DNA from: a virus
Length of the DNA stretch: 64,000 nt
Reading direction: 5' to 3' (one strand)
IMG/VR virus record: IMGVR_UViG_3300030012_002034
Coordinates: 32,001 to 96,000 of that record
The notes under the pieces are model-generated. The model saw only the letters and a program-made list of their open reading frames with translations, searched no databases and was not told where the DNA came from. The translations under genes and the position numbers were made by a program. Below, one piece after another: positions 31,377 through 40,760 of the stretch (the stretch's first letter is position 1; every line of letters begins with the position of its first letter).

Positions 31377-31732
31377 TTAGCTAAAAACTTATAGTCAAGT
31401 AAAATACTTCCATCTGTTTGTATTTTTAATTTTTTATTCAAACTAATAATCTTTTTATTCTTTCTATCTTTTATTACTAGTTTGTTCTTTGCACATTTAT
31501 TAATACAGTTCCTTACTGTTTGTTGCGATTTAAATATTTTATATTCCTCAGCTGCATCATAACAAAAATCAGTAAGTTCAATTGGTCCTGATTCACTTAA
31601 TAATGTTAAACATTCTAATTCAGAATTACTCACCGCTATACTATTTATATAACAGTGAGTTAATATCTGATATTTAATGATATCTTTTTTAGACATCACT
31701 ACACGCTTTTGTACCTGATTTACAATAGCCAT
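31373..31732 (-). CDS. Winged-helix DNA-binding protein
   Basis: SQQTVRNCINKCAKNKLVIK wHTH-like segment. Confidence 0.55.
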   Translation of the reverse strand: MAIVNQVQKRVVMSKKDIIKYQILTHCYINSIAVSNSELECLTLLSESGPIELTDFCYDAAEEYKIFKSQQTVRNCINKCAKNKLVIKDRKNKKIISLNKKLKIQTDGSILLDYKFLAK

Positions 31733-32010
31733 TATTTTTTCTTAAGCGTTCTTTTTTTTGGCTGAGATTTCGTTTGGGGCTCTTCTTCCATTTCTTCAGG
31801 TGGATTCATCATCATTGCAAACTGCATTTGAATCTGAGCTCTTTTAAATCTCACTTCATCTAGCTTCATAAGAGTCTCTTCATATTTGTGTTGAGCATCT
31901 AAATAAGGAATAGATTCAGTGTAAAAGTCTAGCATTTCTTTTTTCTTTTTTGCTAGTTCTTCTGGAGACATTTGCTCCATTTCTTGTTCTGTTGGTTCTG
32001 CTGTTATCAT
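31732..32010 (-). CDS. Hypothetical coiled-coil protein
   Basis: 92 aa, preceded by TATATTTG promoter box. Confidence 0.7.
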   Translation of the reverse strand: MITAEPTEQEMEQMSPEELAKKKKEMLDFYTESIPYLDAQHKYEETLMKLDEVRFKRAQIQMQFAMMMNPPEEMEEEPQTKSQPKKRTLKKK

Positions 32011-32076
32011 AACATATATAATTTGAATTTAAACAAATATATACATTTAAAGTTTAAACATCAAATATTTAAACAT

Positions 32077-32107
32077 AAAAAAGTCTCCTCGTTACTGAAG
32101 AGACTTT
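32077..32107 (-). terminator. Terminator after lysis cassette
   Basis: AAAGTCTC/GAGACTTT stem with A-run on the + strand. Confidence 0.65.
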
Positions 32108-32125
32108 ATAATATATATAACTATA

Positions 32126-32284
32126 CTATCTATTTTTTAGCGTAAAGTTTAATAATGTGATTAGATAAAACTCACGGGAGAGGTCTACCTCAATTGCAAA
32201 TATATCTAGAGATGAGATTCTAAGTTTTATAATAACTTTATCCCATTGTTTATTTCTTGCATTCCAACCATTTCTTATCTTCAT
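32126..32284 (-). CDS. 52-aa hypothetical protein (below cutoff)
   Basis: MKIRNGWNARNKQWDKVIIKLRISSLDIFAIEVDLSREFYLITLLNFTLKNR, 2 nt after the endolysin stop. Confidence 0.55.
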   Translation of the reverse strand: MKIRNGWNARNKQWDKVIIKLRISSLDIFAIEVDLSREFYLITLLNFTLKNR

Positions 32285-32286
32285 AA

Positions 32287-33165
32287 CTATAAACTTAATA
32301 ACATATCAATTAATTCTTGTTGAGGAGCCATATCAAACTTACCCTTTCTGCAGTTTGTATGATTCCATAAACCTTTACTTTCTGTACACATAGATACACT
32401 ACATATATCAAAAGCTTCTGTCCCTTTTTCTTTTATTAGATCTACTAAACCTACTGTAGGATCTATATCATCTCTATTAGCTATATATAGAATTAAGTTT
32501 CTTAATGATCTTAATTGTTCATCAGAGTATCTATGCCACTCTTTAAAACCTCTAAACTTTTCTTTTAATGTAACTACTTGATTTTCATGCGGTATAGTTC
32601 CTGCATAAGTTCTTCCGTTAGAAATGTATCCAAAGTTACAAACTTCTATACCTACAGAATGTCTATGCATTACTGAATTGCCTGTGCCTAAATGCCAACC
32701 ATATCCTCCTTCAGGCATACACTGAACTATTTCGCCATCATATTTAGAATCATTGTTCTTAATATTCTGTCCACCAATAACAAATTCTGTAGCTACTCTA
32801 CCTCTTCTATCATTGTTCCAGTGATCTACTGTATTATAAGGATTATTCCATCCTGCAGTATGATGTAAGAATATCCAGTGTTTACCTCTATCTCCTCCAA
32901 AGTATTCATCAGGAGATAAATAATGTTTATTTATAACCAAGTTACCTTCTATAATCTTTCTTTCTTTTTGATCAGTATCTAGTATACCCATTGCATTCAT
33001 AGTCTTAGGTCCTACTATACCATCTCCCCAAAGATTATTTTCTTTTTGAAACTTTATTACTGCTTCTTTTGTTTTGGGCCCAAAGATCCCATCAGCAGTA
33101 ATACCTAGATACTCTTGTATATCTTCTACAAGAGATCCTTTACTTCCTTGTTTGATTAACATCAT
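32287..33165 (-). CDS. Endolysin: PG-binding domain plus N-acetylmuramoyl-L-alanine amidase (Amidase_2)
   Basis: DGIFGPKT...DGIVGPKT repeats; LHHTAG, WHLG, SVGIEVCN, HTN...KFD zinc-amidase motifs. Confidence 0.9.
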   Translation of the reverse strand: MMLIKQGSKGSLVEDIQEYLGITADGIFGPKTKEAVIKFQKENNLWGDGIVGPKTMNAMGILDTDQKERKIIEGNLVINKHYLSPDEYFGGDRGKHWIFLHHTAGWNNPYNTVDHWNNDRRGRVATEFVIGGQNIKNNDSKYDGEIVQCMPEGGYGWHLGTGNSVMHRHSVGIEVCNFGYISNGRTYAGTIPHENQVVTLKEKFRGFKEWHRYSDEQLRSLRNLILYIANRDDIDPTVGLVDLIKEKGTEAFDICSVSMCTESKGLWNHTNCRKGKFDMAPQQELIDMLLSL

Positions 33166-33389
33166 TTTTTTGTTTTACTAAATTTATCCATTGATGTAAG
33201 ACCTAATGCGCCAAATGCAAATAAAGCTACAGCATCTACTAGATATTCAGCTGGTCTAATATCTTCTGAACTAAATGTATTAGCTATTAGGCATGCTACA
33301 AGAGCAAATATACATATTAATCCAGATAGTCTCTTAGATGAATAATTTCCTGACTCATCACTTAATAATTGTTTAAAGAAAGTTTTCAT
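33162..33389 (-). CDS. Holin (2 TM)
   Basis: SSKRLSG motif and two hydrophobic helices next to the endolysin. Confidence 0.65.
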   Translation of the reverse strand: MKTFFKQLLSDESGNYSSKRLSGLICIFALVACLIANTFSSEDIRPAEYLVDAVALFAFGALGLTSMDKFSKTKK

Positions 33390-33856
33390 AATTTAGGTTT
33401 TAAAAATTTATATAATCTATAGATTCCATATAAAATTAATAATATTAAAGATAGATATATTCCTTTATTTATAAGTTGTTTCCATTTAGGAGTTTTTTCA
33501 TAATACTTTACAGGTATCTTTCTTTCTATAATTTTTTCTACTGTTACAGTATCACACTTACCGCTGACGTAAATAGAATCATGTATAGTATCATGAAATA
33601 TTTCAATTCTAAGTCTTTCTTTTTCTATAACTAAAGTATCTTTTCTAATCTCGGTCCAAAAGTGTTGAGTAAATACTGTATCATGTTCTACCTTTTCTAT
33701 AGTAAGCTTTACAGTATCTACTACTTCTACACTATCTATAGTTAATAAGTACGGATGTTTTTCTACTAATCTTGTAAATCTTGTTTTTGGACTACAAGAA
33801 ATAAGTGTTAATAAAAGTAGTAAACTAAATATTATATGTTTACTTTTTACTTGCAT
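33386..33856 (-). CDS. Lipoprotein with C-terminal TM helix, unimolecular-spanin-like
   Basis: Start revised to MQVKSK; lipobox LISC; beta-rich DT repeats; C-terminal GIYLSLILLILYGIY. Confidence 0.6.
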   Translation of the reverse strand: MQVKSKHIIFSLLLLLTLISCSPKTRFTRLVEKHPYLLTIDSVEVVDTVKLTIEKVEHDTVFTQHFWTEIRKDTLVIEKERLRIEIFHDTIHDSIYVSGKCDTVTVEKIIERKIPVKYYEKTPKWKQLINKGIYLSLILLILYGIYRLYKFLKPKL

Positions 33857-34163
33857 GTATAGCCTGAATAATTCTAAGTTCCATTTGACCCATTTCAGTT
33901 TTAAGTTCTGAAATAGATGCTTCATTTTTAGATCTGTTTTCTTCTACTTGGTCTTTCAAGATGTCAATTCTTTTATGTAGTGTTAATTGTCCCTCTTTTT
34001 TAGTTGCTTTAATCTCTTCCATATCTTTCTTAAGATTTTCTAAGACTACTTGCTGGATAGCAACTTTATTCTTTAGACTATACCATACTGTTAAAGCTCC
34101 TATTAAAGCTGAAAGTAATGACACTAAGGCATCAAAACCTATCTGCATACTTGTAATTTCCAT
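33840..34163 (-). CDS. Membrane-anchored coiled-coil protein of lysis cassette
   Basis: N-terminal TM helix plus coiled coil; first gene after a late promoter. Confidence 0.6.
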   Translation of the reverse strand: MEITSMQIGFDALVSLLSALIGALTVWYSLKNKVAIQQVVLENLKKDMEEIKATKKEGQLTLHKRIDILKDQVEENRSKNEASISELKTEMGQMELRIIQAIHASKK

Positions 34164-34226
34164 CTCGCACTCTTATAAATAAATAAATATACTATAATAT
34201 ACAAAATATATTTAACTTATAGAAAT

Positions 34227-35120
34227 TTATACAGGGAACTTATGAGAGTCTATGCCTCTGTGATATATATCATTACCACCTTTTGTAGATCTTCTATATC
34301 TAATATTTAAGATTCTTCCTCCTACAGGTTTAATTGGGGCACCTCTTTCAACATGCCAACCTTTAGATCCATCACCATATTCTTCTTTATATGTACCTGT
34401 AAGCATCATATGAATTTGTCTTTGCTCTTGTCTATAACTATCTCTACCTTGTAGCAGTTTATCTCTTACATCATTTCTAGCCGCATTCTCATGTATATGA
34501 CCCATAGTAAATACATCAAAGTCTTCATACATTTCTAAAGCTCTAGTAAGATTCAAGGCCCCTTTAGTTACAATACCTCCTCCACCAGATCCGTGAAAGT
34601 ATCTTATCTTCATAGTTCTTATTACACCACCTCTTTCTTTTGTAGTACCTCTAAGAATTTGATTCACAAGTATCCAACCTCCATAGCCACCTACTTGTAC
34701 ATTAGTATTGTTTTCATGATTCAGCATTTTAACAAATCTAGCAAGTATATCTGTTTCTTGCCATTTAATAATAGCTGTTTCATGATTACCATATCCTATT
34801 ACTGTAAGTAAATGAGAGTATGGTGACCACCATTCAACAGCAGTTTCCACAATACTATCTAAATATTTTGCATTATTATGTTCTGGTCTTATATCAGATT
34901 TGTTTTTTCTATTGTCTCCTCTTCCCTGCATCAAGCAAAACATATCACCATTTATCATAATAGGAATAGACTCCTTTACACAGTAATCTAAATCTCTTTT
35001 TAATGTCTCCCAGTCACACTTTGGGTTATCCCAATGTATATCTGACAACATGGCAATCCTTGCATGTGTACCCTCAAGTTTAATCTCATGGATATTAGCA
35101 GCATGTGCTTTTATTTTCAT
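34227..35120 (-). CDS. Calcineurin-like metallophosphoesterase
   Basis: DIH, GD, GNHE, FHG, GHIH motifs. Confidence 0.85.
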   Translation of the reverse strand: MKIKAHAANIHEIKLEGTHARIAMLSDIHWDNPKCDWETLKRDLDYCVKESIPIMINGDMFCLMQGRGDNRKNKSDIRPEHNNAKYLDSIVETAVEWWSPYSHLLTVIGYGNHETAIIKWQETDILARFVKMLNHENNTNVQVGGYGGWILVNQILRGTTKERGGVIRTMKIRYFHGSGGGGIVTKGALNLTRALEMYEDFDVFTMGHIHENAARNDVRDKLLQGRDSYRQEQRQIHMMLTGTYKEEYGDGSKGWHVERGAPIKPVGGRILNIRYRRSTKGGNDIYHRGIDSHKFPV

Positions 35121-35130
35121 ATTTGTGTTT

Positions 35131-35397
35131 TTAATCTTCTGCTTCTAAAGCAGTCCAAATTTCAGTATTTGTTTCTTCTAAAATTTCTTCATGAGAATAT
35201 AGTCCATCAGGTATGACTGTACCATCTGCAATAAAAGTAGGTTCGGTGTCCCAACATAAAAGAAATTGAGTAGGAGGATCTAAAAGATTTTTTCTAATTG
35301 TATCAGCAGAATCTACTCCTGTTTGTGAAAAATCAATCTTTGATAAATCTTCCATTCTAACTATTGCATATGTAGTAAATATTGATCTTACTTGCAT
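35131..35397 (-). CDS. Small conserved phage protein
   Basis: IDFSQ...DTIRK...P.F...YSHEEIL; typically found next to LamG genes. Confidence 0.6.
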   Translation of the reverse strand: MQVRSIFTTYAIVRMEDLSKIDFSQTGVDSADTIRKNLLDPPTQFLLCWDTEPTFIADGTVIPDGLYSHEEILEETNTEIWTALEAED

Positions 35398-35406
35398 AAC
35401 TGTTTT

Positions 35407-36198
35407 TTAAGGTACATCTGCAGTATATGATGCAGAATTAATTAATGTTGCGTTAACAGAACCAGCAGCATCTGTTAATGTTGTACCAGAACCTCCATCA
35501 CTATCTCCCATTCTATACCACAAAGTAGGTGCAGGTGATAATATTGATAAATCTCCTGGTTTAGCTGTTCCTCCTTGATTATAAATAGCTTGTGCTTGAG
35601 CAAGAGTTAAAGTAGTTCCATTATATATTGCAAACTCATCTATATTTCCATTAAAAGGGTTGTAGTGACCTGTTTTACTTTCTCCTATATATAACTCATC
35701 AGTTGCTGTTGGAAAGCTGTTTGTTGTTCCCATATTATCTCCTGTTGTTACATCTACTCCATTTAAAAACATTTGACATTCTGGGCCTCCACCATGAGTT
35801 AAATCAACAGCAACAACTAAATGATTCCAACTTCCATATGTTAAAGTGCTTATATTTCCCCTGCCATACGGACCACTACTAGTAATACTAAAATCAATTC
35901 TATTACCTGCATATAAAAATAATTGACACTGTGAGTTTAAACCTGTAGATCCTCTTCCAATTTGAAAAACCATTCTTAATCCAGAACCCCCACTTATAGG
36001 TTTTAACCACATTGAAAAACTTACATTAGTAGCTCCATTTAAAGCGGTGTAAACAGCATCACTTTTTGCATACTGTCCTATTGCACCATCTAAAAGTAAT
36101 GAATATACATTTGTAAATCCACTAGCAGAAGGTAATGTAATAGAAGTGTTTCTTGAAGTTACACCTAATATTTTATCAAAATTTATATTAGTAGGCAT
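35407..36198 (-). CDS. LamG/concanavalin-A-like lectin domain virion protein
   Basis: SFSMWLK, WNHLVV, FNGNIDEFAIYN, WYRMGD motifs. Confidence 0.8.
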   Translation of the reverse strand: MPTNINFDKILGVTSRNTSITLPSASGFTNVYSLLLDGAIGQYAKSDAVYTALNGATNVSFSMWLKPISGGSGLRMVFQIGRGSTGLNSQCQLFLYAGNRIDFSITSSGPYGRGNISTLTYGSWNHLVVAVDLTHGGGPECQMFLNGVDVTTGDNMGTTNSFPTATDELYIGESKTGHYNPFNGNIDEFAIYNGTTLTLAQAQAIYNQGGTAKPGDLSILSPAPTLWYRMGDSDGGSGTTLTDAAGSVNATLINSASYTADVP

Positions 36199-36912
36199 CT
36201 ATGTTAAAGTTGCTATAAGAAATGTTGTTCCTGCTCCAGGTGTTGTAGGATCATACGTTACAGCTGCTAATGTATTATTTAAAGAACCTGCATCAAAGGT
36301 TACTGTTTCTCCTGCAGCTAATTCTATTCCTAAAACAGTTCCACTTTCAGCTCCTACATTAGCAATTGATACTGATCTTGCTCCTGCAGAAACAGATCCA
36401 GAAGTAGTAGGTCTAAGTAAAGCTGGAGTTATTCCAGTTACTGGATCTGTATTTCCTTCAATACCTGCAGTTGATGTAGCAATAGCAGTTGTATCAACTT
36501 CTATTTCAGTATTCTTTGCAAGAATATCTGTATTCATAGCTAATATAGCAGCATTACTTGTATCAATACTAGTAGTTTCAGTAGCTGTAGTTTCAGTAGC
36601 AGTCTTAATTGCATCTAGTACTAATGCATTATCCTCATCAGCATATTGTACTGCACTAGGAGGAGTTACAGGAGTATTACTTCCTACTTCATAATACTTT
36701 GGATTGCCGCTCCAATCACTAGTATCTATATCCCAAAGTCTTACCTCTAAGTATAATGTATACGGAGAGGCAATTAATCTCACCAGTCTAGATTCAAACT
36801 CTGTACTCGTGCCTAGACTAGAAGAGATGCTATTTAGTGTTTTTAACACAGCATATTGCCATGTCCAGTTATTTCCCTTACTTCCAATAGTTTTTACGTT
36901 ACCAATAGACAT
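36199..36912 (-). CDS. Virion fibre-like protein
   Basis: Ala/Thr-rich stalk and small beta C-domain; late promoter upstream. Confidence 0.5.
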   Translation of the reverse strand: MSIGNVKTIGSKGNNWTWQYAVLKTLNSISSSLGTSTEFESRLVRLIASPYTLYLEVRLWDIDTSDWSGNPKYYEVGSNTPVTPPSAVQYADEDNALVLDAIKTATETTATETTSIDTSNAAILAMNTDILAKNTEIEVDTTAIATSTAGIEGNTDPVTGITPALLRPTTSGSVSAGARSVSIANVGAESGTVLGIELAAGETVTFDAGSLNNTLAAVTYDPTTPGAGTTFLIATLT

Positions 36913-36959
36913 GTTATAATTTTTTCAGATAATATATATAATAATATACAAAAAACTTT

Positions 36960-38006
36960 CTATATATGCAAAAAGCCCTTTCTAGATTTTTCAGCAGCGC
37001 AAACCAAATTCCATAAAACCCTAGCACCAACATTTGCATCCCATTTTGATGAAGAATCAATAGAAACTTCTGATAAATCAAAACCAATTATTTTTCTTTG
37101 AGACTCTACAATTTTAAAAATCAAATAAATAGCTTCATCAAATTCTAACCCACCCGGAACTGGCGTTCCAGTTGATGGGCACAAATAAGGACATAAGCCA
37201 TCTATATCAAAACTTATATAAACATGCTCAGGTAGTTCAGAAATAATTTCATTTACTTGATCGTCCCAAGTAAGCCCTTTAAACCTACCCTCTTTTAATG
37301 TAGCATCAAAAAAGGTTTTAATTTTATCATTATTATCAGAAAAGACAAACTCTTCAGAAGAAAAATCACGAACACCAACTTGAACAAGTTTTGTTAAATT
37401 ATTACACTCTTTTAGGACATTATACATGATTGAAGCATGAGATTGATCAAAATCTTGATAAGAATCTCTTAAATCGCAATGCGCATCAATTTGAAGAATC
37501 CCAAAGGAAGAATATTTCTCATCCAATGCTAGAATTAATCCTAATGGAACCGAATGCTCTCCTCCCAAAACCGAAACTAGAACATCCTTATCAAGTAAAT
37601 CTTTAGCTCTTTTATAAAGGCTTTCTTTTAATTGGTTATTAAACTGATTAACCGTGTTAACAAAATCCTTAAACTCAATATTTTGATTGATACTCCCCCC
37701 TTCTTCCAGAAAAGTAAGATAAGCAATAGATTTTTCAGATAAGTGATTATTAATCTCTTTCCATTCAGAAGATAATTGAGAAAGAAAAACTTTTGTCTGA
37801 TGAGCATTTGACAATTTATGATGAAAAAAATCAAGTTGTAAAGATTCCTCTAAAATACTTTTAGGGGCATCAGAGGCTCCTTTTCCGTATGAAGTAGTTA
37901 AATCCCATGGTATAGATATTATTACTTGATTAGCATCTTTTTGTGCAACAGGAAATCCAAAAATATTTCCATTGGAAATTCCAACCTTATTTGGATCAAA
38001 AGACAT
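36960..38006 (-). CDS. speB: Agmatinase (arginase/ureohydrolase family, Bacteroidota type)
   Basis: FDPN N-terminus, PWDxTxSY, GGEHS, DAHCD, SHAS, SFDIDGLCP, TGTPVPGG Mn-binding motifs intact. Confidence 0.9.
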   Translation of the reverse strand: MSFDPNKVGISNGNIFGFPVAQKDANQVIISIPWDLTTSYGKGASDAPKSILEESLQLDFFHHKLSNAHQTKVFLSQLSSEWKEINNHLSEKSIAYLTFLEEGGSINQNIEFKDFVNTVNQFNNQLKESLYKRAKDLLDKDVLVSVLGGEHSVPLGLILALDEKYSSFGILQIDAHCDLRDSYQDFDQSHASIMYNVLKECNNLTKLVQVGVRDFSSEEFVFSDNNDKIKTFFDATLKEGRFKGLTWDDQVNEIISELPEHVYISFDIDGLCPYLCPSTGTPVPGGLEFDEAIYLIFKIVESQRKIIGFDLSEVSIDSSSKWDANVGARVLWNLVCAAEKSRKGFLHI

Positions 38007-38086
38007 TTAGAATTTTTAAAAAATTAAAGCCCCAGAAATACATCCAGGGCCTTGATAACCAATTAAATTATTAATTATGAGCTTCT

Positions 38087-38512
38087 TTACCAACAAGTAC
38101 CTTCACAGTCTAATGGCATACATACAACAACAGGTATTGAACAATCTAGAGTTTCCTCTCCATTTTGTATTTTAAAAGTTTTTACAAGTGAAAAAAGTTG
38201 ACCTGGTGCTACGCCTCCTTCAGCTGCTTCTGCACAACTAGTAAATGTATTACATGCAAGCAAAAGTTTAAGAGAACTTTCTCCTGCTGCTGCTGATGCT
38301 TCAGCTGCTGCTTCATTTGCTGTAGTTGCTAATTCACTTACTTCATTAATTTGTTGTTGATTTTTAATTGTTGTTGTAGAAATAGTTGCAATATCAGCAT
38401 TAACTTGAGGAATAACTTGATTATTCATTTGACCTGTAGTAACAGGTTTCATATCAGCTCCTTTGTTTAACAACTTATCAGGAGATACTGCTTTTAGTTT
38501 TTTAACTGCCAT
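38087..38512 (-). CDS. Virion fibre-like protein, N-terminal paralogue of 38533..39129
   Basis: MAVKKLKAVSPDKLLNKGADMKP; Ala-rich coiled coil. Confidence 0.55.
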   Translation of the reverse strand: MAVKKLKAVSPDKLLNKGADMKPVTTGQMNNQVIPQVNADIATISTTTIKNQQQINEVSELATTANEAAAEASAAAGESSLKLLLACNTFTSCAEAAEGGVAPGQLFSLVKTFKIQNGEETLDCSIPVVVCMPLDCEGTCW

Positions 38513-38532
38513 TGTTTAAAGTTTTAATTAGA

Positions 38533-39129
38533 TTATGAGAATGGAGTTGCTGCAGTACCAGAATGACCTAATTCTGCACGTACTCTCCACTCAGTATCAG
38601 AAATACCTACAAACTCAATTTTATCACCAACTAGTCCTCCAGTTGTAGTACCATTTAATGTAATCGCAGTACTTCCTGCAGCAGCAAAATAAGATATAGC
38701 ATCTCCTCCAGCTATGTGACTGTTAAGTAGGGCATAACCACTTATTGTGGTTCCTGCACTAACTCCTATAAGATGATTACCAGAAGTTACCTTTTTTGTT
38801 ATTAAAACAGTTATTCTTGCGCCTTCTGATGGAGTAGGTAATCCTAGAATTATACCTAGATTTCCTACCACAAGATATTCATTTCCAGCCGCTCCAACTG
38901 GTGGTAGTAAGGGGTTAATTGGTGTTAAATCTGGTAATGTAACAAGACCAGTAAACTTAGGATCATTAATATCTGCTTTTAAAGCAATAGCTGATGCATT
39001 AGTTGATACTTCTGCTGCTATCTGTCCTTTTAAATCATTATTCCAATCTCCTACTTTTAAAGGAGTCATATCTACTTCCTTCAAAAGATTTTTACTAGGG
39101 GAAGTAGGAACTATTTTCTTTAGTGCCAT
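38533..39129 (-). CDS. Virion fibre/decoration-like protein
   Basis: KADINDPKFTG fibre motif, ITLNGTTTGG...ATPFS C-domain. Confidence 0.6.
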   Translation of the reverse strand: MALKKIVPTSPSKNLLKEVDMTPLKVGDWNNDLKGQIAAEVSTNASAIALKADINDPKFTGLVTLPDLTPINPLLPPVGAAGNEYLVVGNLGIILGLPTPSEGARITVLITKKVTSGNHLIGVSAGTTISGYALLNSHIAGGDAISYFAAAGSTAITLNGTTTGGLVGDKIEFVGISDTEWRVRAELGHSGTAATPFS

Positions 39130-39187
39130 TTTTTTAAATTTATAAATTCTTAATTAGTATACTAATATTAATATACAAAAAATATTT

Positions 39188-39565
39188 TTAATTTCTAAGT
39201 AATCTGTTCATAAATGCAGAAAAACCTAATCCATATACTGCTCTACATATTATAGTTATTATGACTGAGTCTATGATATTTTGATAGTTTCCTTGTAATA
39301 CAAAAAATAATCCAGCAAATAAAAAAATATTTCTAAGAAATTTCATTAGATGCCAAGCATCCGTTACAAATACAAATATTGTAGTAGAACCTGGAAACTT
39401 AGCTCCATATCTAGGGTCATTAAGCTTGTACTTATTCTTCCAAGATATTTCTGGATTCCAAAAAGCGTGATTAAATGAACTAAATTTAGATCTGTAAAAA
39501 TGAAATTGTAATGTATCCATATGAGCTTCTGCTATACCAGCTAGGAAAAACATTAACAATTCCAT
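39188..39565 (-). CDS. Membrane protein (SWKNKY...TDAWH family)
   Basis: Multiple hydrophobic segments. Confidence 0.6.
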   Translation of the reverse strand: MELLMFFLAGIAEAHMDTLQFHFYRSKFSSFNHAFWNPEISWKNKYKLNDPRYGAKFPGSTTIFVFVTDAWHLMKFLRNIFLFAGLFFVLQGNYQNIIDSVIITIICRAVYGLGFSAFMNRLLRN

Positions 39566-39567
39566 TC

Positions 39568-39789
39568 TTAATCTTTTTTTCTATAATATTCTAGTTCGTG
39601 AGCTATAGTTCCTCCTAATGCTCCAATACATGCTATACCTACACCAATCTTTAAATACCAACTATGTAAATATTGATCAGTAACTAAACAATATATATAA
39701 AACCCTAGACAAGTAGATGCTAGAGTTATAGTTGCTAATGATGTCAGCACATCTAATTTGCGTCTCCACTTTGGATTAAGCAATCCCAT
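39568..39789 (-). CDS. Small 2-TM membrane protein
   Basis: Two hydrophobic helices. Confidence 0.6.
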   Translation of the reverse strand: MGLLNPKWRRKLDVLTSLATITLASTCLGFYIYCLVTDQYLHSWYLKIGVGIACIGALGGTIAHELEYYRKKD

Positions 39790-40163
39790 TATCTTAAAGA
39801 TTTACCTTGGATTACTTTAGGAGGGCACATTCCGCCCATTCCCATTTTTGTAGCACCGCCTCTTTTCTTTTTACGTTTATTATATGCATCTTTCATTATG
39901 CTAAACATAACATTTTTATTTTCATTTGCTTTTTGGATCTTATCAAGATCTTGACCTGTCATTCCGCCCAATTTCTTTTTATCAATTGTATACTCTCCAG
40001 TATCATAGTTAACATTTACACCAGAGCTAATACTTTTAGTTTGTCTATCAATAAGCTTGTCATATAATCTTCCAGCTTTTTTAGCTTTTCCAGCTTCTTT
40101 TGCTTTTGTGTATTTATCATACGTTCTTAGCTCTCTTTTAGCTAATCTATCTACTTTTGCCAT
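39789..40163 (-). CDS. Basic protein with repeated xxxGG motifs
   Basis: KKKLGG, KKKRGG, KMGMGG. Confidence 0.7.
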   Translation of the reverse strand: MAKVDRLAKRELRTYDKYTKAKEAGKAKKAGRLYDKLIDRQTKSISSGVNVNYDTGEYTIDKKKLGGMTGQDLDKIQKANENKNVMFSIMKDAYNKRKKKRGGATKMGMGGMCPPKVIQGKSLR

Positions 40164-40165
40164 AA

Positions 40166-40708
40166 TTATCTGTTTTTTCTTGCTCCTCCTCTAGAGTAGT
40201 TTCTAAGAGTTTTAGCTTTAATTACTGAACCACCTGTCTTTCTGTTACCAGGAATAGTAACCTCGTCAAGAGGAATTGGATTTGTTTCTGTTCCAAAAGG
40301 TTGAAACTTAACCATTTTATTAAGATCAGCACCATAGCCCAATTCTTCTCTCAGTGCTTCCATTTGCGCTTGTCTTGCAGCTGCTCTATTAGCTGCGTTA
40401 TTTTTCATCATGCTATCCATGATTTGTCTATCAACTGAATCAAGTTGATCTAGTTTTGTAGCAAATTGATCTGCCTCACTTCTAAATGGAACAAAGTTAA
40501 CATTACTAACTGCATCCATAAACTCAGTTTTAGGACCAGCAGTTTGATACTTTTTTAACTTCTTTTTCTTTTTAGTACCTCCTTTTTTCATGGGGGTTAG
40601 GCTTTTAGCCATAGGCTTAGCTGCACCTCCTCCGTACATTTTCTTTATTTTCTTTTTTTTAGATGGTCTACCTACTTTAGATCCATATGTTCCTTTACCT
40701 CTTGGCAT
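40166..40708 (-). CDS. Basic protein with repeated xxxGG motifs
   Basis: MPRGKGTYGSKVGRP, KKMYGGG, MKKGG, KKYQTAG, RKTGG, YSRGG. Confidence 0.7.
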   Translation of the reverse strand: MPRGKGTYGSKVGRPSKKKKIKKMYGGGAAKPMAKSLTPMKKGGTKKKKKLKKYQTAGPKTEFMDAVSNVNFVPFRSEADQFATKLDQLDSVDRQIMDSMMKNNAANRAAARQAQMEALREELGYGADLNKMVKFQPFGTETNPIPLDEVTIPGNRKTGGSVIKAKTLRNYSRGGARKNR

Positions 40709-40760
40709 AATTTCTTTTTTTTAAATACGTATACAACTAATATACAAAAAAATTTTGATA

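Larger units (their letters stand above)
9690..40749 (-). promoter_or_regulatory. Dispersed late-promoter motif TTT(T/A)GTATATTA
   Basis: Intergenic copies at 9690-9701, 23112-23122, 34195-34206, 36942-36953, 39169-39180, 40738-40749 (weaker at 12286, 16963), each shortly upstream of a minus-strand start. Confidence 0.7.

Noticed and set aside
476-40067. Short + strand ORFs within the late arm (e.g. 3331, 7886, 23596, 30705, 36146)
   Set aside because: Antisense shadows of long minus-strand genes
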